DNA from: Octopus sinensis
Taxonomy: Eukaryota
Direction: 5' to 3'
DNA: 64,000 bases
Assembly (NCBI RefSeq): GCF_006345805.1
Contig: NC_043002.1
Location: forward strand, 19,220,001-19,284,000
Position numbers and translations under genes: made by a program
Notes under the pieces: generated by a model
Seen by the model: the letters and a program-made list of their open reading frames with translations, nothing else
Databases searched by the model: none
Told to the model about the DNA's origin: nothing
Part shown: positions 38,210 through 50,815 of the stretch, piece after piece
Numbering within the stretch: position 1 is the first letter of the stretch
How the letters are laid out: every line of letters starts with the position of its first letter

Positions 38210-38860
38210 CAGCGGGCTGGCAGAAACGTTAGCACGCCTAGCGAAATGCTTATCGGTATTTCGTCTGCTGCTACGTTCTGAGTTCAAATTTCGCCGAGGT
38301 CGACTTTGCCTTTCATCCTTTCGGGGTCGATTAAATAAGTACCAGTTACGCACTGGGGTCGATATAATCGACTTAATCCGTTTGTCTTTTCTTGTTTGTC
38401 TTTCCTTGTCTTTCCTCTCTGTGTTTAGCCCTTTGTGGGTAGTAAAGAAATAGGTATTTCGTCCGTCGCTACTTTCCGAGTTGAAATTCCGCCGAGGTCG
38501 ACTTTGCCTTTCATTCTTTCGGAGTTGATAAATTAAGTACCACTGAGAGGGGGGGATGAAAGTTTATCTTTTGGCTACTGGGGGTCGATGTAATTGATTC
38601 ATTGCTTCCCCCAAAATGGCTGCCCACGTGGAAAAATTTGAAACCATTATTATGAAGGCGGTGAGCTGGCAGAATCATTAGCGTACCGGGCAAAATGTTA
38701 AGCGGCATTTCGTCCGTCATTATATTCTGAGTTCAAATTCCACCGAAGTTGACTGTGCTCGTCGTCATTTCGAGCTCGACCAAATAAATATCATTTGAGT
38801 ACTGGGGGGGGGGGGGGGTCGATGTAATCGACAATCCCCTCCCCCAAATTTCAGGCCTCT
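38210..38860 (+). mobile_element. SINE family A dimer plus adjacent monomer
   Basis: Unit junction ...GTAGTAAAGAAATA|GGTATTTCG at ~38452, as in the 573 trimer. A new head starts at ~38656. Confidence 0.88.
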
Positions 38861-38927
38861 TTTTTTTTTATTTTTTGTCTGATGAACAAGTTAAATAAAT
38901 ATGACATCGATTATTGATCTATTTTAG

Positions 38928-38995
38928 TTTGCACGTTGGAGCATGTTTACTCATATTGGAAAAATTCAACCCACAAGGAAATCGATCAATGTTAA
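38928..38995 (+). CDS. Terminal coding exon 4 of the Cys-rich protein
   Basis: TTGATCTATTTTAG acceptor, phase 1. Reads (V)CTLEHVYSYWKNSTHKEIDQC* with AATAAA 32 nt after the stop. Confidence 0.6.
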
Positions 38996-39026
38996 ATGGA
39001 AATTCGATGTTCTATACTCTGATGTT

Positions 39027-39032
39027 AATAAA
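39027..39032 (+). promoter_or_regulatory. Putative polyadenylation signal
   Basis: AATAAA just downstream of the predicted stop codon. Confidence 0.45.
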
Positions 39033-39182
39033 ATATATGTCAATAATACATTATTAGTGGCTGAAATGTGTGATGCAAGTTGCGCACATGTATATTCTTG
39101 CTTGAAACTTGTTATAGTGACTAAAACTCTGCTTATCATGTATACATCTACACTCACACTCTCGTTCCCTTATTTAAAATTT

Positions 39183-39216
<34 letters not shown>

Positions 39217-40340
39217 CAAAACGACCCCCACCCACCCGTCCAATGGACGGTGCTGAATCATATCTGGTGAATAAAAAGCAATCAGTGTTTTCTTTTCATT
39301 AAAAAATAATTAAGTATGCCTTTATTTCAATAAAATTTTTGGTTTTGTTAAACAAAGTTAAGGCAAAAAAAAAAACCTTCTTGAGAAACCAAATAGTCTT
39401 TCCTTCCTTCATTCCAAGTTTGAAGAAAATATCTCTTTTGCATCTTACTTTTTTGGTCTCTTAAATATACTGCATTTTGTGGCATTATTTCAAGCCAGCC
39501 GGCTTTTTTGCGCAAACTGCACGTGCATTTTTCTCGCGTATGCGTAGCATCGATCGCAACAGCTGATGTACTTGCGCGTACAAATGCACGTTCCCATGGC
39601 TTTATCAATCGCATTCTCACCTGGAATCGATTTTGGTAATTTTTTCAAGACTTACACACGCCCTGATACCTTCGGTATCTACATATCAAATTTGAGAGCA
39701 ATCGGATGGAGGATGCCCGAGATCCTAGAAGACACACAGACAGAACGGATTTTATATAATTATATATATAAACACTAAAACTGGCCTGCCAAAAACAATA
39801 CATTTCTCCAAAATGATTATTTTTCTATTTGAAAAGAGGAATATCATAGGGTCACTAAATTATACAAGGTAATAATCTTTTGTTTTCCTTTGACATCACC
39901 TTGCATATTTTGCCTCACTTTTCTCCCTCTATCACCACTGTCCTCCCTTATACTCACCACCATTCCTTCCATGTCACCAATTCCTTCACATGCATCTGCA
40001 ACCATCTCATTTACTGCAGCTTCTCTTTTAGCTTTTCCCCTTGGACAAACTAGTCAATATATGATGATATACACAATTTTGTTAACAGAACCCAATCTCA
40101 ATTTTAGCATACGTTCAATTGTTTGATCTGGATATTAATTTTAATCTTGCTTATAGGAAATTAATATTAATTTACTTCAATTTTATTAACGTAATGGAGA
40201 AAATTTATGTTTTTATTTGAGCAATATCTCCTTCCCCATTAAGCAAATTTATGCACTGTGATACATGTCAAAAGATCATGTGGAATTCAATACGTCTATC
40301 TACATCACACATTCAGAATTCAAATCCTATTACACTCAAC

Positions 40341-40556
40341 TTTACTCTCTCTTTACTCTTTTACTTGTTTCAGTCATTTGACTGCGGCCATGCTGGAGCA
40401 CCGCCTTTAGTCGAGCAAATCGACCCCGGGACTTATTCTTTGTAAGCCCAGTACTTATTCTATCGGTCTCTTTTGCCGAACCGCTAAGTGACAGAGACGT
40501 AAACACACCAGCATCGGTTGTCAAGCAATGCTTGGGGGACAAACACAGACACACAA

Positions 40557-40594
<38 letters not shown>

Positions 40595-40777
40595 TATACA
40601 CACATATATATACGACAGGCTTCTTTCAGTTTCCGTCTACCAAATCCACTCACAAGGCATTGGTCGGCCCGGGGCTATAGCAGAAGACACTTGCCCAAGA
40701 TGCCACGCAGTGGGACTGAACCCGCAACCATGTGGTTGGTTAGCAAGCTACTTACCACATAGCCACTCCTGCGCCTA
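40341..40777 (-). mobile_element. SINE family B full copy
   Basis: Near-identical to 35121-35541; ends ...CCACTCCTGCGCCT. Confidence 0.92.
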
Positions 40778-42792
40778 TAGTCACTATTTATCTTTTTGAT
40801 GAAGGAATTACATCGGTTGAATTTTTTTTTTTTTTTTAGTAATCTTTTAATTTGGGGACATACAAAATTGAAAATGAAAGAAAACAAAGTAAGGAATGTA
40901 GAAAACTAAACTTCGCTATGCAAAGTAAGTGCAATGAGCAAATGAATGCTTAAATGACTAAGTAAATGCTTGTTATGATTTAAGTGGAATACTTCTGGTT
41001 GAAATACTTGAAACTTTATATTACAACCCACCTAGCAGCCAGTTATTAAAAATTACAAAAATTACTTTTTAAAATTTATATCAATAGTTTTAACCCCTTC
41101 AGCGAATAAGTCTGAATTCTTGACACAGATTCAAAACAAAAAGCATATGTTGTTTAGCCCCAGCTTAACTCTGATTGAGACAATCTATGATCCAATCATG
41201 ACAGTCTCCCCATTTCAGAATACTCCTAGGACTCATCCAATGAGTTCTTTAATACAACAGAGTGTGATTTGAGTGATTTGACTTATTTCCTGTGAGTCAA
41301 GTGACTATGTTGTGACTCAACGATAGTAGAAAGTGGTTCTTGGAATTTATTTCAAAATTAAGACAAATACAGAAGACATAACTGTCGTAAATAGGATCAC
41401 AAAAGTGTTTATTTCACAATGCTCAATTATTTTGAAAATTAAAAACACAAAAACAATAAAAATGAAGTAGAATTCTGAAAATAAATATACATGATGTAAA
41501 CACGTTCATTTCCAGAGAATTTTCTCCTTAGACATGTTCTCAAATAGCCACGAAGCACATAAATGAGACAATTATTTTTAAATTTGTCTTTTTGTCACAC
41601 AGATTCAACATGTTTTAAAAATAAGCTTAGCGAAATTACTGAGTACCAGTGGCATGCATTTGAATAACAGACAAATAAAAGTATATCAAATACTACACAA
41701 CACAAATCTCTTAATTTAGTAAAATTATCTCCACTGCTACAGGATGCATCATAATTATCAAATGGCAATTGAGAGCCATTAAGGAAAAGGACAGTCATAG
41801 GTTTCTGATTCAATAACTGATCAGAATGACAATTGCCCAACCTTATTGCCAGTAGCCAAAAGATAAACTTAAAAGAGCAGAACACGTTAATTGAATCTGT
41901 CAGATTCGGGCAGTGATTCAATTTGGTGAATATACTCATTCCCAGTCGAGTCTTGAATACATTTTTTAATTATTGGGTGTAATGTGACTTCACTTCTATT
42001 GAAAACATGGATCATTTTCCTGTTGCAAGTCCAACCATTTCAAAAATTCTCTTCCATTTTATGCATAGAGATTCACTCCACAACCAGCAACACTCATTAC
42101 TTAATTTTGATTGAATAAATAAATATTGTAGTTCTTTCAATATGACTCAAATATGGTAGAAATATTGCCCATGTATAATTTAAGGCAGATTCATTTTTTG
42201 CCACAATAATAGGTTAAGAAAACAATTATATTAAAAAGCAAGTTATGCCCAATGCAAATTCCAAGTATTGCTACCTTCATATATATATATCAGTGGTTTC
42301 TAGATTTACCTGTGACCCACATCCCAAAGAAATTCTTAATTTTTAAAATCCTATAAAAGTAATATGCTTGAATGAGTTAAAGTCAATTTACTATTTCTTT
42401 TCTTTAAATTGAACCACATACATAAAATGTAAGTGGATTAATAAATATTGTAGTTCTTTTAACAGGACTCAAATATCAACAGGGATAACACAACCTTTCC
42501 ACAAAATGAATGAAAATTTGAAATATAATGATACAAATAGTAACAATTACACAAAAGATAACAACACTAAAGACCCCGATAATACTAATATAGATAAACA
42601 TAAGCTGAAGTGCTTAATTAATAAGTTTGGATTCTCAAGTAAATAAACAAAAATCAATTTTAATAAATGAAAACTTAGTTATATCCTTTGGATCAAATTT
42701 ACTTTTACATACCATAATTTAACATTACTAGAATGCAATATATAGCCATATTAAAAAATAACATAATGTTGATAATTTCAGTTATGGTAAAT

Positions 42793-44035
42793 TTAATTAA
42801 TTAAATTACTTGAGGAAGCACTAAGAACAACAACGGAAGCAGTAATATTCTTCACAAGAGGAAACAAATATGGGACAGTAGTTGTCCAATTTAAGTCGGA
42901 AGAAATTGCACAGAGAATGGCTGTGATGACTATAAAAACGGACAAAGTACTCCTTCTACCCATGTATCTTGGAAGGAGAACATCCAGGATCAGGGTAGAA
43001 GGAATCCCACCAGATGAAGAAGCTGCGTGGATCGTGGCAGCCGTTCTCCTTGGTAATGAGGAGAAAGTGAATATTCTCCAGGCTACGACAACGGAAGTAG
43101 GAAAATGGAGAGGAGCAACGTTGGAGATGAGCATCCAAGCAGAAACGGAAATTTTAGAATGCTTAGGAGACCTAAGTTTAAGAGTATGGGTGGAGGGCAG
43201 AGTTCCTCGTTGCTTCAAATGTGGCCTGAAAGGTTACATAAGAGTGAATTGCCCTCTACCAATACAAGAACCTACAGAGGAACCAACAAAAGAAGCGGAA
43301 AGCTCCCAAGAGCGTCAAGAACAGGGAGAAGCAGAAAAGGTAGAGAAAATGACGGTTGGAGAGGAGGAAGCAACTGAATGAGAAACAAACGGAAAGAGGA
43401 AAAAAAGAAAAAGACAAGTTCCACATACACTGAACCCCAGCCTACCCCATCACCACCCACACCCTCTTCGTCCCACCCCTCCCTTGCAGACACGAAACCT
43501 ACCCACTACCTTCCAACAAGAAAACAAAAAGCAAACATACATGATAAACTACAAAACCCCTGTCCCACAAAGTATTATTTAGGTGTGTTGGCAAAGAATG
43601 AACAGGAGAATTTGCTTGAAATATTAAAGGATTGGGGTAAGATAGATTTGCCAGACAGCTGCGATGAGGCTGGAGATATGAAGGTGTTACTAACGAAAAA
43701 CCAGGTAAATGAACTTGATGTACTTAGAAACAGTTATACATTGGTGAAGTCGGAAGTAAAACCGGACAGTAAGTACGAATTTGAGAAACAGTACGGGGTG
43801 GAAGTGGATGAATATATTTTTGGGAACTGTACGAGGAGGACATAAGGAAAGAAGGCGAGTAAGTGAGGTTAATCGATGGGGCGGTTAACATAACTTTCAT
43901 TTTTCATATTTCTTCATCTTCTCATTTTATCATACGTTATGTTTTATTTTAATTTTATTTAATTTTTGTGTTATGTGTCCCCATGTGTTGTGTGTCCCTT
44001 TTCTGTGTAAGCCCGTAATGGGTAATAAAGAAATA
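42793..44035 (+). mobile_element. L1/Tx1-family ORF1-only element (HAL1-like), 5'-truncated, one frameshift
   Basis: LLLPMYLGRRTSRIRVEGIP...VEGRVPRCFKCGLKGYIRVNC is homologous to ORF1 at 58519. Stop at 43845, then ~190 nt to TAATAAAGAAATA, the same terminus as the full element. Confidence 0.75.
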
Positions 44036-44259
44036 CCTTCTAATATAAATTAGATTCAACTTAAATAACATCAGAATTTTTAAGAATAGACTGAACGGTT
44101 TTGGCAAGATGGAGACATATTTTAGTTTTGATGGGAGGAAACTGAAAAACATAAGTTAACACTCGATTTGTCCATAATTTTTACTTTTTACATTCTATTT
44201 TTATTTTTTTATATTACTTTATTAATTTTTTCGTATTTTTTAGTCGTAATTTTTATCCA

Positions 44260-44510
44260 GATTTAGTGAAAATCCATGGATAGCTTTAAAAGACCATAAG
44301 GATAATTTCTATGCAGACCCTAAAGTCCGACTAATATGCCCATGTAAGTCGGACTTAGGGAAATTAAGTAAAATAATATTAGACAAATATATAAATAGTT
44401 TAGATCACCTAAAATTATGGGGTAGTACAATGGAAACATTAGAATGGTTTAAAAATATTAAAAATAGTAAGGAATATAAGTTTATACGAATAGATATTGA
44501 TAATTATTAA
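44260..44510 (+). mobile_element. Penelope RT fragment
   Basis: LKDHKDNFYADPKVRLICPCKSDLGKLSKIILDKYIN...LEWFKNIKN...FIRIDIDNY. Confidence 0.75.
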
Positions 44511-44599
44511 AAGTAACACAGGAAATAATTTCGGTCAAAAAAAACGAAATTCAACTGTTATTTGGGAAAATAACTGAAAACAACGGGAAGAGCAAATTC

Positions 44600-45398
44600 C
44601 CCCACCCCGCCTGAATTAATCACCTACAGAAAGGAAAGAACAGTTATATACAAAACTTACTGTTTGAAAAACAAAGCGGTAACGCATTTTGAGGAGAAAG
44701 ATATTGAAGAGTGCCTCGGGGCAGTAATGAAGGACATTGTCTTCCTGACTCGAGGCAATAGATATGCAACCGCCGAAGCAAGGTTCGAGACGACCGAAAA
44801 GGCAAAAGAATATTCTGCTCGGACCTTGCAGAACAATAAAATGGCATTATTGCTATTATATCTAGGACGTAGGACGTCCAGAGTTAAAATAACAAATATC
44901 CTTCCTGATGTTGAGGTAGCGTGGGTTATTGCCACGCTACTCTTTAATAGGAAGGATAAGCTAGAAATGATACAGGTGAAACGAAGTGTTTCACAGAATT
45001 GGAAGGGACAATCCCTGGAAGTCTTAGTCCAAGCATCCCCTACAGACCTTGAAGAACTTCTGGATAGGTTGCTGATAGCAAAAGTGTCAGCACTAATTAT
45101 CCATGCGGAAGGACGAAAACCAAGGTGTTTCCGATGCGGCAGGAAGGGACATCAGAGGTCCGAATGTGGATCTCCGAAGAAAAAGAAAGCGGTGACCCCG
45201 GCCAAGGAGGCCATTGCACTGGGGGCTACCGCCAACAAAGAAACAAACAGCGAGAAGGTGGTAGCCTCGGCCAAGGAGGCCATTATCCAGAGGGCTACCT
45301 CCAGTAGTAGTAGTAGTAGTAAAAAAGCAACCAGTGAGGAAGAGATAGTAGCCCTGGCCAAGGAGACCATTAACGAGGGGCTACCAACAGCAGTGTAG
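44600..45398 (+). mobile_element. L1/Tx1 ORF1 fragment (244 aa)
   Basis: FLTRGNRYATAEARF...YLGRRTSRVKI...EGRKPRCFRCGRKGHQRSEC zinc knuckle. Confidence 0.8.
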
Positions 45399-46129
45399 GG
45401 TTCCACTGAGTGTTTATCTCCTCCTTAGTAAGCCTACAAAAACAATATACTGACATATATCATCATCAACCCCCTGGACTGACTGTCTCAAGTCCTAGAT
45501 CTCGTAGGTTGAGTTACCTAATTACCCCCGAATAGTGTGCCAGCCTTTCACAAGATTGCTCCAAGTCGTAAATAAGTAATGTGACCAAGTGTTTTGCTCG
45601 AAAACAACATACTGCCTGATCTGGTAAACAAAACCACTGTTGTATAATTCTTAGTACAACACACTTTCCAACAATCTTATTTAGATGACCATTAAAATTT
45701 TTCAAAACAGTCAAGTTCCTAATATATGGTTAGCAATCGTTTACAGGCCTTTGTGCAATATAAAATGAGAGAAACAGCATAAGATTTTCAAACAAATGGT
45801 GTTAGATGGGGGACAAAATGAATAGTTAGACTTTCAAGAATATGCTACAGGGATGCTAGCATTATAGAAGGATTGGAAATGGGTATCCTTCCCGGTCTGA
45901 GACAAATTTGTTTCTGCATCAAGTGTACAAATTTGTATTAAATTTAGAAAACTGAAATGTCAAAAACCGAGTTGGTAAGGTATTAAATGTTTTAAATTTG
46001 AAAATATTGAAATTCAAAGTCCAAATTCAATTACTAAAAAATTTTTTTATTTCAAATTGGCCAAAATTAAATTTTCTTGAATTTCTATTCTAGTTAGCAT
46101 TTCAAATCCTCAACTATTTTTTCTTTAAC

Positions 46130-46420
46130 CTTCATTCGTGCAAGCACATGTGTGCATATGTGAGCGTGCACGTGCGCATATGTGAGAGTGCACGTGCGCA
46201 TATGTGAGAGTGCACTAGTGCATATGTGAGAGTGCACGAGTGCATATGTGAGAGTGCACGAGTGCATATGTGAGAGTGCACGAGTGCATGTGTGTGAGTG
46301 CACGAGTGCATGTGTGTGAGTGCACGAGTGTGTGTGAGTGCACGAGTGTGTGTGTGTATGAGTGAGTGAGTGCACGAGTGCGTGTGTGTGTGAGTGCACG
46401 AGTGCATGTGCGTGTACACA
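46130..46420. repeat. Minisatellite (GAGTGCACGAGTGCATATGTGA-like)
   Basis: Directly visible. Confidence 0.9.
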
Positions 46421-47099
46421 AACATGCTTGTGTTCTTGCTTGTAATGGAGCAAATTTTGGGAGAAGTATAAATATAAGTGCAGGAATCTCATAGGCTTAT
46501 GTGACCTGCCACTGGTACCATGTAAACCAGTATTATCTTTTCCATGGTCGAGTGGTTGACAACTAAACTGCTCCCCAACCTGAGTAGCTTGTTGCTCTTG
46601 TGAAGAGAGTATCTAGACCAGCAGGCCTAAAAGCAAAACTTGCCAAAAAGGCAGATGATCTCCTTGTGAGCCAATAGCCATCCAGTTGGGGAAGGCAATA
46701 GCAAACAACCCCAATATCTCTGCTAAGAAAATGCTATGAAAAAGTTTGAACAAAGCAACATTATGGTTTCATACAATGGAAGAACTGACTTTTGATGTAG
46801 TGTCATCAATGCACTGCAAATGCGAACAATACATGTTGACAATGACAAATGTAAGCAATGATGTTACTATTATTTATTCTGCCAGTGGGCCATTTGCTAG
46901 CTTTGCACCTCAAAGACATGTAAGAATGAAATATCCATTACTTGGAAAAAAATAAACCAGATAAAGATTAGTGACAGCAAGGGTATTCGGTCATAAAACA
47001 ATGCCTCGATAATATATTCATCTAATCTATACTAGCATAGAAAAATTGGATGTAAAACAATGAACACATACACGCACTTATGATGAAAACCCCATTCAA

Positions 47100-48820
47100 T
47101 TAACCTTTAGCAGTTTGAAATGGGGCATTTTGACCCATGAAGGTCCAGTTCTCCCCCATAATTTTTGTACTATTAGTTAAAATTGTCTATCGTTTCCTCT
47201 AGCTGCCTCTCTTAGAGGAATAAGTATGTGGTAAATTGGAAAAATTTTTTTGGCAGTTGTTCTCCATTGTATTAGGATTTATGTGTCTGTTGGATCATTT
47301 TGACCCATTTAAACTCTGAATGTTAAATTCTTTTACTTTCTCAGGTTCAAAAATGGCATCAAATCATATGCTAGAATTGCTGGAAAGCAATTCGGACTTT
47401 TCTGATTGAAAAAGAGTTTATAAATTCCGAATCTGAATTGATTGAGGAAAATGACCTTGACTCCAAGTCAGAGCAAGAGTATCAAGATCTGATGAGAATA
47501 GTGTAAGTGATGTTGGAGAAGGTGTCTTGCATGCAAAGTCAAGAGATAAGTGGAAGGAAACCTCTTTTCGTGTCAATGTGTGGCATGGAGCCAAGAACAT
47601 AGTAACAGAAAAACCGGGTCTGACTGGAGTTGCGAGGAATCCAAATACTCGCTTGGAAATCTTTAGCCTATTTATGCATTGAGATTTGATAAACGAAATT
47701 CCTGATCATAGAAACCAAAGAATTGAGAAAGTCTAGGAATAATACAAGTCCAAATATGATGCTGCTGAAACAGTTCAGAAAGTTTGGCTGTTTGAGGAAT
47801 TATAGTCATCTGTGGAGCTCAGCAAGCTTCTCGTCATGACTGAAGACCTCTGCAATTCAGATGGAACTGGAATGGACTTGTTGCGATCTGCGATGTCTTC
47901 CAGATGCTTCAAATTTCTCTTATGCATTTCAATGACAGTGCCACAAGGGATGAATGACAAGCAACTGAACACCTAGCACCAATTTGAGACATTTTTGAAA
48001 GGGTGGTAGCAGCTTTTTGTCAGATGTACAACCCTACAGGGTATTTGACTAGATGAAGCATTTCAAGGCAGATGTAAATTAGTTAAATAGATGCCTCTGA
48101 AACCAGTTAAATATAGAATAAAGCTGCAATGCGTATGTGATGCCAAAACTAATTACATATGCAATATGGAAGTGTACCTTAGAAAACAGCCTGATGGTCT
48201 GTCCCAGCTTTCCAATAAACCACAGACATTCTGCTGCACTAGCTGTGCTAATCTTTGGCACAGGTCACAACCGAGAATTGGTGTACTAGTGTACCACTGG
48301 CTGAAGATCTCTTGAAAAACAGTAACTTGTTGAAACGATAAAGAACTGGACATTCCGCCAGAAATGATGCTGAAGATCAAGAGGTTTACAGTTCCAAGTT
48401 CGCATTCTGAAAAGATATGATGATGGTTTCATATGTGCCTAAACCAAAAAAGGCAGTTATTTTGCTGTCTACGATGCAAGCATTGACAAATCGACCGGAC
48501 ACAAGCAGAAATCTTCAGTAGTGACATTCTACAATGGCACTAAAGGTGGTGTGGACACCACTGCTATATCTTGCTCCAGATGTATTAACCAATGGTCAGT
48601 GTCGTCGTTCCATTCCCTTATGGACAAAGTACGCTGAAATTTCTTTGTGATATACATTTGGAATAAGGAAAGTCTACAATCTTAAAGAGAATTTTTGAGA
48701 TCACTCAGAAAAGAACTTCTGAGGGATCAACTTTAGTGGTATCCTCCACAGGATCCATTTGGTTTATCGGGTCTTTTCGCACCGTTTTATATTCAGTTCA
48801 TTATTTAAACTGCTTGGTTC
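47100..48820 (+). mobile_element. Degenerate piggyBac (PGBD4-like) transposon
   Basis: TTAA|CCTTT left end. MPLKPVKYRIKLQCVCDAKTNYICNMEVYLRKQPDG, MVSYVPKPKKAVILLSTM and TFYNGTKGGVDT motifs. Confidence 0.85.
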
Positions 48821-49149
48821 GATGAGCATTTTCTTCACATTGTTTTTGTGTTGGTTATAATGGTTAGTTGCATTATTTCTGTTATATTGTTGAACATTTG
48901 TTATAGTGTTTTATAAACACTGTTTTCTGCTTGTGGCAGATTTTTAACATTTTCACCCTTGTGTGAAGCGGGGATTTATAATTACTGTGTGGTTTCCAAA
49001 TGGATAAATCGTCTATCAAAAACAGGACCAGCGACGAACCTGGGACTAGCACAAGGAAAAAATCTGGTAAACTGTGAAAACAGTTCGGAATTAAGTATGC
49101 CATAAGACGAAGATTGTGTAAAAGGAAGAGCAACGAGTTGATAAAGTAC

Positions 49150-49835
49150 AAGAGAATGCTGAAAAGGGAGGGGAATGAAACTAAAATTACCATTCCCAGC
49201 GAAACTATACACAGAGGTGCACCGTGATTTGTAAATCGTTCATAGCTAAAAATAAAAAAACTAGACAACGCAAGCAAAGAAGCTGCAGAACTGTACCTGA
49301 GGCCAGTATGGAATGACGTGGCATCCATCACTAGGGGAACGAAGTATTCCACGATAGAGGCCTGTTTCAGATTAGAAGAAAAAGCCAAGCAGGCATCAAC
49401 GAAGCCTCTTAAAACAGCTGAGGTGGTACTCCTACATACTTATCGTGGAAGGCGGACATCCAAGATTAAGATAGGAGATATACCACCTGAAGTAGACCCT
49501 GCTTGGCTGGTGGCAGCCATAACTATGGGATTGGAGGATAAAATAGCTATCCTCCAAGCCACTGCTTTAGAACTACAAAATTGGCACGGGAAGGAGCTCG
49601 AAATGCTGATTCAAGCAGCTCCTGTCAACCTAGAAAGCATAATAGAGACAATACAGGCGGAGGAAAGCAAGCTGCGAGTGATGGTCGAGGGGGGGAAGCC
49701 CTGTTGCTAGAATCGTTCGAGTGAAGGGTTTCTTCTTGAAACTGTTCAACATCAAGCGCTTGTTTCGTCAAGGGTGTCCCCTCCCACCATCTGTATGTGT
49801 TGGCTCTGAAACTTTTTCTGCGGAAATAGGAAGGC
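49150..49835 (+). mobile_element. L1/Tx1 ORF1 fragment joined directly to an RT fragment
   Basis: ITRGTKYSTIEACF...YRGRRTSKIKIGDIP...VEGGKPCC, then VRVKGF...FNIKR..RQGCPLP..LYVLAL, indicating an internal deletion. Confidence 0.75.
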
Positions 49836-49929
49836 TTGAGGAAGACGGTTTCCAGGCAGCGCAAAAGGAGCCACGACAACAATCCGGCCAGATATAAAGA
49901 GAATAGTTATGTTAAGCTAGACACTAACG

Positions 49930-50580
49930 ACTTATGACAAGGATAAGAGAAAGTTCCTAAAAAGTTATATTAGATGGGGACAAGCATGATGGGTGCCCTA
50001 TTCCCATGCCCGCTATAGAATCCTTCTATAGTGGTAGGCTCTCACAGCCAGGCCCTGAAGTGCATCTTAGTGCCTACCTGCTACCTCCAAGGTGGATAAT
50101 CAGGCGCTTTTGCCACCGTTTACTCTGGAGGAGGTTAAGATCAGCAAAAGTCGAATGAAGCTAGCTTCAGTGGCGGGTCCTGATGGACTTACTATTAAAG
50201 AGATTAAGTCCATGAACCTAGTAGTCCTCACTAATATATTTAACTGTATGTTACTGGTGGGGAAAGTTCCAGATATCCTGAAGGTGGGAAGATCCGTCCT
50301 TATTCCAAAAGGGATGGACGATCTCATGACCATCTCTAACTGGTGGTCGCTCACTATATGTTTCACTACATATTGACTTTTTTCGAAGATATTGGCCATA
50401 TGAATGTTCAGGTAACTCCCCTGAATCCTGCCCAATGAGGATTCATTAAGGCTGACGTTTGTAGTGAGAATACGTTTATCTTACTGCAACTAGTCGGCCA
50501 AGCTATGGGGACACCAGCGCGGTCAGGGATTCAATGGCTGGAAGTCACCTTCATAGATCTTGCAAAGGCCTTCTCCAGTG
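49930..50580 (+). mobile_element. R2/NeSL-like RT fragment
   Basis: PFTLEEV...SVAGPDGLT...NIFNCMLLVGKVP...SVLIPKG...NWWSLTI...LNPAQ*GFI...FIDLAKAF. Confidence 0.7.
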
Positions 50581-50815
50581 CGCCTTTCTTGCATGGCAAT
50601 CTCTGCAATATTCCAGCTGCTTCCTGATGCTCCATCAATGTTACCCGACAGCCGGTGCAAAGTTGTCAACCATGCGCATCCACGTGGAGACGACCACAGC
50701 CAATGGTTCGGTCGATACTACAACACAGTCCGTCCAGCAAACGTCAAGAAGCTGGTAGGGGGACCGCCACACTCTAGGTGACCGTCGCACCCCAAGGGGG
50801 ACCAGACAACTGACG

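Noticed and set aside
41595-41939. 114-aa minus-strand ORF with several Cys
   Set aside because: No recognisable domain, signal peptide or supporting splice structure; compatible with chance.
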